Shown piece after piece: positions 36,054-40,891 of a stretch of 40,891 bases of DNA. The stretch's first letter is position 1, and every line of letters begins with the position of its first letter. Source of the stretch: Oscillospiraceae bacterium (GTDB taxonomy: Bacteria; Bacillota; Clostridia; Oscillospirales; Oscillospiraceae). The notes under the pieces were generated by a model. It worked only from the letters and a program-made list of their open reading frames with translations, was not told the DNA's origin and made no database searches. Both the position numbers and the translations under genes were made by a program. The stretch lies in assembly GCA_017409645.1 (NCBI GenBank), contig JAFQSI010000099.1:1-40891 (forward strand), given 5' to 3'.

Positions 36054-36953
36054 TCATTCCTCGTCAAAGAGATCGTAGTCCTCAAACAAATCGATCTGCC
36101 CCGGCAGGACGCCGTCCGCCAAGAACCAGTGCATGACATCCCCAGCCGTCCGCCAGACCCAATCGCCCTGAACATTAGCATCGACCGTCCGCTTCCGCTC
36201 GACGAGCATCTTCTCGAACGCCTGCAAATACAGATTCCGGTATGCAGGCCACCGCAAAAACCCCGCCTCCTGCGTAGCCGCACCGGCCAGCGGGCAGCCG
36301 ATGCACCCAACCCGCTCCCATCCTTCGCAGTACAACGGGTTGCAAGGCACTCGTTCGCTCTCCAGATAATCCCACACATCCGCATCTTTCCAGTCGATAA
36401 TGGGGTTGACCGTCCGCTTGGATCTCATACGGCAATTCTCGAACAGAAGCCGCCGGTCGTCGTTGTCGTTGTTGAGGATGATCCGATGGTTCTTGTCTCC
36501 GTTTTTCTCGAAGATGCCACGCCCGTTCTTTCTGGAGGGTGATTCCGCCCACCGCACACCCGTTGCGATGAACCGCCCTGCCCCCCCGCCTTCCTTCAGC
36601 ACGGCACAGCAGTACCGCACCAACCGTGTCGGCGGCATCAGCTTCTGGGGGATCAAGTTCCACATGGAGGTCCGCTTGCCCTTGTAGACCGGCAGATTGA
36701 TGGTGTACTGGATGCCCAGCTCCTCGAACCGCTTGGCCTCCTGCCGGATGTAGCGCACCGTCTCCGGCGCATCGGCAGTGGTGTGGTTGTGCTGGATCTC
36801 AAAGGGGATCCCGCTCCGCAGAGCCAGCTCCTTGACCACCTGGCTGTCCTTGCCGCCGGAATCGGTGATGATCAGCGGCATTTTGTAGTGCTGGAGGCTC
36901 ATCTCCGATGCCGCCCGCAGCCGCTCAATGGCGGTTTGTTCCAAATCGGCCAT
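36054..36953 (-). CDS. PAPS-reductase-family (CysH/DndC-like) protein
   Basis: SGGKDS PP-loop, RYCC..LK, TGVRWAES..R, NPIIDW, RVGCIGCP; SD AAGGAGG before ATG 36953. Confidence 0.9.
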   Translation of the reverse strand: MADLEQTAIERLRAASEMSLQHYKMPLIITDSGGKDSQVVKELALRSGIPFEIQHNHTTADAPETVRYIRQEAKRFEELGIQYTINLPVYKGKRTSMWNLIPQKLMPPTRLVRYCCAVLKEGGGAGRFIATGVRWAESPSRKNGRGIFEKNGDKNHRIILNNDNDDRRLLFENCRMRSKRTVNPIIDWKDADVWDYLESERVPCNPLYCEGWERVGCIGCPLAGAATQEAGFLRWPAYRNLYLQAFEKMLVERKRTVDANVQGDWVWRTAGDVMHWFLADGVLPGQIDLFEDYDLFDEE

Positions 36954-36981
36954 CTCCTGGCCTCCTTCCTTTTGGATTTCC

Positions 36982-37010
36982 TTGCCTTTCCGAGCAAATT
37001 GAGCTATGAT
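36982..37010 (+). promoter_or_regulatory. Putative sigmaA promoter of the YHYH gene
   Basis: TTGCCT-17 nt-TATGAT. Confidence 0.55.
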
Positions 37011-37045
37011 AAAAGGTAACATTCCGTCGAAGGGAGCTGACCCCC

Positions 37046-38101
37046 ATGCGCCGACTTCTGTTATCAATCATCCTCATTTGTTTGCTCACCATCCCGGCCT
37101 CCGCCCATCCGGGCGATACCGACTCGTCAGGTGGCCACTACGACCACTCTACCGGCGATTACCATTACCACCACGGCTACTCCGCCCACGACCACTACGA
37201 CATGGACGGCGACGGTGACCTTGACTGTCCCTACGATTTCGACGACCAGACAGACCGGAGTTCCAGCACGGCCTCGTCCACCTACTCGCCGTCATCCACC
37301 ACGGAATCGGACTACCGCCGTGGCTACGAAGCCGGAAAAAATGCCGGCTACAATGACGGCTTCGACGATGGCAAAACCTTCGGCCAGACCGCCGCAGAAA
37401 AGCGGGGCTACGACAAAGGCCACGCCGACGGCTATTCCAGCGGCTACTCAAAAGCCCGGCTATTCGGCATCTGCGCCGTCGCAATCGTGGTTTTGATCGC
37501 CTGGCTGCTCCTGCGGTGGAAGAACCGGGAGCTGTCGGATATGCGAATCGATCACGCCCGCCAGCTCCGAAACCGTGACAAGCTGCTCCAGGAGCGAGAG
37601 CTTGCCGTTGCTGCCCTCCAGAAGCGGCTCGCCGACAGCGAAGCGGAACACCGGGCGCAGATCAAACGCCTGTCGGAATCTGCCACACCGCCGGACCCGA
37701 AGGAGGTTGAGCGAGTGCAGGCGCAAAGCCGTCTGCTGGACTACATCCGCCGCCGTGACCCACTGGGCCGGGCGAAGATCGCTTTCCCGCCGGAGCTGCG
37801 GATCACCGATGATGACCGCCTGTACTGGGGAGAGCTGGCCTCAGACAAGCCCCACGGCGACGCTACCGTCTATGTCACGCCCTACGGCGGCCAGTGCTGG
37901 CACTGTCGCCGGGGATGCAGCGGAAGCACCCAGCCCATGTTCGTCTTTGAAGCCATGCGAAAGCACCGGCCCTGCGGCCGCTGTGTCCCTGCACCATACC
38001 GCACCTTGCAAGTCCCGGAGTGGTACAGGGAGTTCCAGCGAGCCAGCCGGGGAGAGTATGACCTTCGCCAGCTCTCCGCCTTCGACGAGGAAGATGATTG
38101 A
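37046..38101 (+). CDS. Membrane protein with signal peptide, YHYH motif, GYxxG repeats, TM, coiled coil and C-terminal Zn-binding domain
   Basis: ...PASA|HPGDTDSSGGHYDHSTGDYHYHHG; TM LFGICAVAIVVLIAWLLL; VYVTPYGGQCWH...C...RPCGRC. Confidence 0.8.
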   Translation: MRRLLLSIILICLLTIPASAHPGDTDSSGGHYDHSTGDYHYHHGYSAHDHYDMDGDGDLDCPYDFDDQTDRSSSTASSTYSPSSTTESDYRRGYEAGKNAGYNDGFDDGKTFGQTAAEKRGYDKGHADGYSSGYSKARLFGICAVAIVVLIAWLLLRWKNRELSDMRIDHARQLRNRDKLLQERELAVAALQKRLADSEAEHRAQIKRLSESATPPDPKEVERVQAQSRLLDYIRRRDPLGRAKIAFPPELRITDDDRLYWGELASDKPHGDATVYVTPYGGQCWHCRRGCSGSTQPMFVFEAMRKHRPCGRCVPAPYRTLQVPEWYREFQRASRGEYDLRQLSAFDEEDD

Positions 38102-38105
38102 ATCC

Positions 38106-38135
38106 CACCCCGCCCGCCAAGGGCGGGGTGCTTTT
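38106..38135 (+). terminator. Terminator of the YHYH gene
   Basis: CACCCCGCCC-GCCAA-GGGCGGGGTG-CTTTT. Confidence 0.75.
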
Positions 38136-38162
38136 CTGCAACCGTTTGTTGATTGCAAAACT

Positions 38163-38253
38163 ATTGTATGTCATTCACAAGCATTTGTCAAGACCCTTTT
38201 TGTCTATCAAATCAACATTTATTCTTGACACCTGTTTTCGCCTGTGCTAAGAT
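38163..38253. promoter_or_regulatory. Divergent lysis/lysogeny switch promoters
   Basis: Leftward TTGACA(38191-38186)-17-TACAAT(38168-38163); rightward TTGACA(38225)-17-TAAGAT(38248-38253). Confidence 0.8.
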
Positions 38254-38261
38254 AGCATTGC

Positions 38262-38287
38262 GGGACGGCACCCAGGCCGTCCCCTAC
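38262..38287 (-). repeat. GTAG-type REP-like palindrome, copy 3 (in the repressor leader)
   Basis: GTAGGGGACGGCCTGGGTGCCGTCCC on the minus strand. Confidence 0.75.
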
Positions 38288-38310
38288 AAAAGAATAAGGA
38301 AGTGTTACCA

Positions 38311-38703
38311 ATGAACACCATCGGAGAACGCCTGAAATGGCTTCGCAAGGATCAGAAGCTCACCCAGCAAGCCTTCGCCGACAAGCTCGGCCTAAAGCGA
38401 AACACCGTCGGCGGCTACGAAATCGGCACCGTTACCATGAGCGACCGCACCATCGGTGATGTCTGCACTAAATTCGCCGTCAATGAAGTCTGGTTGCGTA
38501 CCGGCGAGGGGGAACCCTACATTCAGCTCTCCCGGCAGGCGGAGATTGCCCGGATCATCAGCGCAGCCATGAAGGCATCCCCGGAGCGGGAGGCCCTGAT
38601 CTGCGCCCTGGCCAACGCCACCGATGACCAGATCCGTGCCGTCCATGCCCTGGTGATGAAGTACGCCGAGGAATACGGCATCCGCAACGGCAGCGACCCT
38701 TGA
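38311..38703 (+). CDS. Prophage repressor, XRE HTH, no peptidase S24 domain
   Basis: IGERLKWLRK...LTQQAFADKLG...YEIG...VNEVWLRTGEGEP. Confidence 0.9.
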   Translation: MNTIGERLKWLRKDQKLTQQAFADKLGLKRNTVGGYEIGTVTMSDRTIGDVCTKFAVNEVWLRTGEGEPYIQLSRQAEIARIISAAMKASPEREALICALANATDDQIRAVHALVMKYAEEYGIRNGSDP

Positions 38704-38720
38704 CCCAGCCGAAAGAGAGC

Positions 38721-38847
38721 TGTCATTACGAGGCCCCATCGGGGCCGTGGCAATCCGTGTCCCCTGCGATGCCCCGCATCGCCCGCTCCCGAAGGGAGCG
38801 GAAAGAGAACGGATTCCCACGGTCGCTTGCGCTCCCTCGGAATGACA
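38721..38847. repeat. Palindromic MITE/RPE-like element
   Basis: Terminal inverted repeats TGTCATT.CGAGG / CCTCG.AATGACA with inner GTGGCAATCCG / CGGATTCCCAC arms. Confidence 0.7.
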
Positions 38848-38863
38848 CGGTTCTTCCGGGCAT

Positions 38864-38893
38864 AAAAAAGCGGACGGCCCGTAGGCCGCCCGC
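38864..38893 (-). terminator. Terminator of the small reverse gene
   Basis: GCGGGCGGCC-TACG-GGCCGTCCGC-TTTTTT on the minus strand. Confidence 0.75.
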
Positions 38894-38902
38894 AGCGGAT
38901 GT

Positions 38903-39010
38903 TTACTTGTTCAGACCCAGAAGAAGGCCGTACACGATTTCGAGCCACTTATGTGGAGCGGCATCCAGAAGGATGTCAATCCGCTTACGCAGCTCCTCAC
39001 GGGTAAGCAT
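38903..39010 (-). CDS. 35-aa protein, candidate antirepressor
   Basis: Not in the ORF track; MLTREELRKRIDILLDAAPHKWLEIVYGLLLGLNK; SD AAGGGGG, own TGGTATAAT -10 (39054-39062) and terminator. Confidence 0.65.
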   Translation of the reverse strand: MLTREELRKRIDILLDAAPHKWLEIVYGLLLGLNK

Positions 39011-39102
39011 GGCTTACCCCCCTTTCAATTGTGGTACAGGCCTGTTCGCTCTGATTATACCAAACATCTGTTTTTACCTCAACAGGGAAATCCTACCAAT
39101 GC

Positions 39103-39212
39103 AAAATGACCGCCCCGGTGCGCCAACACCGAAGCGGTCGTGCAGAGAGTCACCCCAAGCCAATAGGGAGGATCTGCCTGTTTATTGTATCAGCGCAGCT
39201 CCTCCTTGTCAA
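39103..39212 (-). promoter_or_regulatory. Antisense promoter plus hairpin upstream of the integrase
   Basis: TTGACA(39212-39207)-17-TACAAT(39189-39184); hairpin GACCGCTTCGGTG-TTGGCG-CACCGGGGCGGTC-ATTTT. Confidence 0.6.
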
Positions 39213-39224
39213 GAAAGGAGAATT

Positions 39225-40358
39225 ATGAACTGCATCAAATGCGGAGGCTCGATCCCGGACGGATCGGCCTTCTGCAACCTCTGCGGCAAGCCTCAGACTC
39301 CCCAGCGGCGCAAACGGCGCAAACGGGCCAACGGCACGGGAACCATCTATAAGATGTCCGGCAGCCGCACAAAGCCCTGGGCCGCCGAGCGTGGCGGCGT
39401 GTATCTGGGAGCCTTCCGCACCTATGCCGAGGCCCAGAAGCACTTAGAGCGCACCACGGACCAGGAGATCACCGAGAAATACAACTTGACCTTTGCTCAG
39501 GTCTACGAGCTGTGGAAGCCCGTCCACGCCCGTGAGGTCAAGTCTATGCAGACCTACGAATCGGCGTACAAGCACTGCGCCGCCCTCCACAGCCGCCGGT
39601 TCCGGGAGCTGCGGAAATCCGACTTTCAGGCCGTGATCCTGATGATGGAGGAGAAAGGTCTGAGCAAATCCACCTGCGAGAAGGCCGTGCAGCTCATGGG
39701 CCAGCTTTGCCAGTGGGCGATGGATGAATGCATCGTCAGTCAGCACCACGCCAGAGGCGTGACCATCGCCGCCGAGCAGAAGGGGGAGCGCAAGTCCTTT
39801 ACAGACCTCCAGCTTGCGGCTCTCCAGAAATCCAAAGACCCGGCGGCGAAGATCGTGCTGATCCTCATTGCCTCCGGCGCCCGACCGGGCGAGCTGTTCG
39901 AGGTGCCGACGGTCAATTGCCGAGAGGATCATATCATCGGCGGCAGCAAGACGGAGGCCGGCCGCAACCGTGTGATCCCCATTTCTCCTCTGGGCCTCCC
40001 GGCCTATCAGGAGCTGCGCCGCAGGGCCATTGAGAAGCATTGTCCCCGGCTGATCGATGCCTACAAGGGCAACAAGATCCTCAACAACTTCACCAAGCGG
40101 GACTTCGGCAGGCTCATGCAGGAGCTGGGCGCAGAGGGCTACACCACCTACTCCTGCCGCCACACCTTCGTCACCCTGGCCGTCCGCTCCGGCATCCCCC
40201 AAAACCAGCTCCGTCAGATCGTCGGCCACCTGGACGACAAAACCACCGACCTCTACACCCACCTCCAGGCCGCCGACCTCGTCTCCATCGTCCAGCGCAT
40301 CTCCCCCAATCCCCAAAAGCCTGCCGGTAATTTGCCGGGAATTGAGAAAGTAAACTGA
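39225..40358 (+). CDS. int: Tyrosine recombinase (integrase) with N-terminal zinc ribbon
   Basis: SD AAGGAG; CIKC...FCNLCG; KRANGTGTIYK arm-binding domain; catalytic GARPGE, SKT, YSCRH, VGH, LYTH. Confidence 0.95.
   Translation: MNCIKCGGSIPDGSAFCNLCGKPQTPQRRKRRKRANGTGTIYKMSGSRTKPWAAERGGVYLGAFRTYAEAQKHLERTTDQEITEKYNLTFAQVYELWKPVHAREVKSMQTYESAYKHCAALHSRRFRELRKSDFQAVILMMEEKGLSKSTCEKAVQLMGQLCQWAMDECIVSQHHARGVTIAAEQKGERKSFTDLQLAALQKSKDPAAKIVLILIASGARPGELFEVPTVNCREDHIIGGSKTEAGRNRVIPISPLGLPAYQELRRRAIEKHCPRLIDAYKGNKILNNFTKRDFGRLMQELGAEGYTTYSCRHTFVTLAVRSGIPQNQLRQIVGHLDDKTTDLYTHLQAADLVSIVQRISPNPQKPAGNLPGIEKVN
40322..40343 (+). repeat. Candidate integrase arm-type sites
   Basis: Tandem 11-mers TGCCGGTAATT / TGCCGGGAATT about 110 bp from the att core. 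Confidence 0.5.
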
Positions 40359-40450
40359 CGACACGCAAAAGTAAAGCAACACAAAACACCCCAGCCACAA
40401 ACCGAAAGCAGTACAAATCAGTAATATATAATAATGTAAGGTGCCGTCTT

Positions 40451-40499
40451 TTGCTTCACACGCAAGAGGTCACAGGTTCGAGTCCTGTAGTCTCCACCA
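40451..40499 (+). other. att site: 3' half of tRNA-Val(CAC)
   Basis: TTGC-TTCACAC-GCAA anticodon arm, ACAGG-TTCGAGT-CCTGT T arm, AGTCTCC-A-CCA end; no matching 5' half upstream. Confidence 0.9.
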
Positions 40500-40536
40500 T
40501 GAAAAAACCGCTTTGCATTGCAAAGCGGTTTTTTCA
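40500..40536 (+). terminator. Host tRNA terminator (perfect inverted repeat)
   Basis: TGAAAAAACCGCTTTGCA-T-TGCAAAGCGGTTTTTTCA. Confidence 0.8.
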
Positions 40537-40537
40537 A

Positions 40538-40686
40538 TGATATCCGTTCCCTGCGGTCACGGATGATATAGCTGACGCTATGATATACGCTCCGCGTATG
40601 AAGGGAACGGATATTATATCATATTTGTGTAAGCAAATATATCATGCGGCAACAGCCGTATATCATGTCGCGTCAGCGATATATCA
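40538..40686. repeat. TGATAT/ATATCA mini-hairpin array
   Basis: Three TGATAT-led and four TATATCA units separated by short stem-loops. Confidence 0.65.
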
Positions 40687-40705
40687 TTTGCCGGGAGGGA
40701 TCGCA

Positions 40706-40891
40706 ATGACATATGAAAATATGGTCCCGGGCATTTTCCGGGCCCGGCCAAACCGATTCATCGCCCATGTGCAGATCGGGGGGCAGACCGAGATCGTCCA
40801 TGTGAAGAACACGGGCCGGTGCAGGGAATTGCTGGTGCCGGGCTGCACGGTATACTGCCATCGCTCCTCCAATCCCAACCGGAAGACGGCC
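40706..40891 (+). CDS. sfsA: DNA/RNA nuclease SfsA (host gene, truncated by the window edge)
   Basis: MTYENMVPGIFRARPNRFIAHV...VHVKNTGRCRELLVPG...NPNRKT; SD GGAGG. Confidence 0.92.
   Translation, partial: MTYENMVPGIFRARPNRFIAHVQIGGQTEIVHVKNTGRCRELLVPGCTVYCHRSSNPNRKTA

Larger units (their letters stand above)
1..40499. mobile_element. Temperate prophage (podovirus-like), left end outside the window, integrated at tRNA-Val(CAC)
   Basis: Integrase next to a duplicated tRNA 3' half, followed by repressor, recombination/replication, terminase, portal, capsid and tail modules in canonical order; host sfsA resumes after 40700. No tape-measure gene seen; ejection-type proteins are present instead. 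Confidence 0.95.

Noticed and set aside
38700-39224. N-terminal extension of the integrase ORF as given in the track (552 aa)
   Set aside because: It runs through a palindromic repeat, a terminator and a reverse gene; the SD and zinc-ribbon start point to ATG 39225.
40424-40499. Complete tRNA-Val gene
   Set aside because: Only the anticodon arm to CCA is present. The upstream sequence cannot form the acceptor or D arm, so this is the att duplication; the intact gene is expected beyond the left end.
40538-40686. CRISPR array
   Set aside because: Repeats are only 6-7 nt, spacers are about 12-20 nt and self-complementary, orientation flips midway, and there are no cas genes.

Overview
Nearly the whole window (1-40499) is the right-hand ~40.5 kb of a GC-rich temperate prophage, probably podovirus-like and from a Clostridia/Oscillospiraceae-type host. 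It is integrated at a tRNA-Val(CAC) gene: the duplicated 3' tRNA half is at 40451-40499 and host sfsA follows. From right to left it has a tyrosine integrase, an XRE repressor with divergent promoters, an accessory block (YHYH membrane protein, PAPS-reductase-family gene, tRNA(CCC), a tRNA-Cys-like element, structured RNA), recombination/replication genes and an anti-defence cluster (adenine MTase, two Lar-like genes, Tad2/DUF2829). The late region follows: terminases, portal, a phage-encoded Prp protease, scaffold and N4-gp56-type capsid (both with L27-like Prp cleavage motifs), tail genes, ejection proteins and tail fibres. Highlights: (1) a 4115-aa polyvalent virion protein (HExxH peptidase + N6-MTase + strawberry-notch SF2 helicase) with a well-supported 118-aa gene nested in its +1 frame exactly between the MTase and helicase; (2) three late promoters sharing CGGGATAGAGA-N18-extended -10, each inside a hairpin; (3) a non-canonical tRNA/structured-RNA cluster; (4) a probable SOS-controlled mini-antirepressor and two homologous antisense promoter-hairpin units. 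All family assignments come from motif recognition by eye, not database searches.
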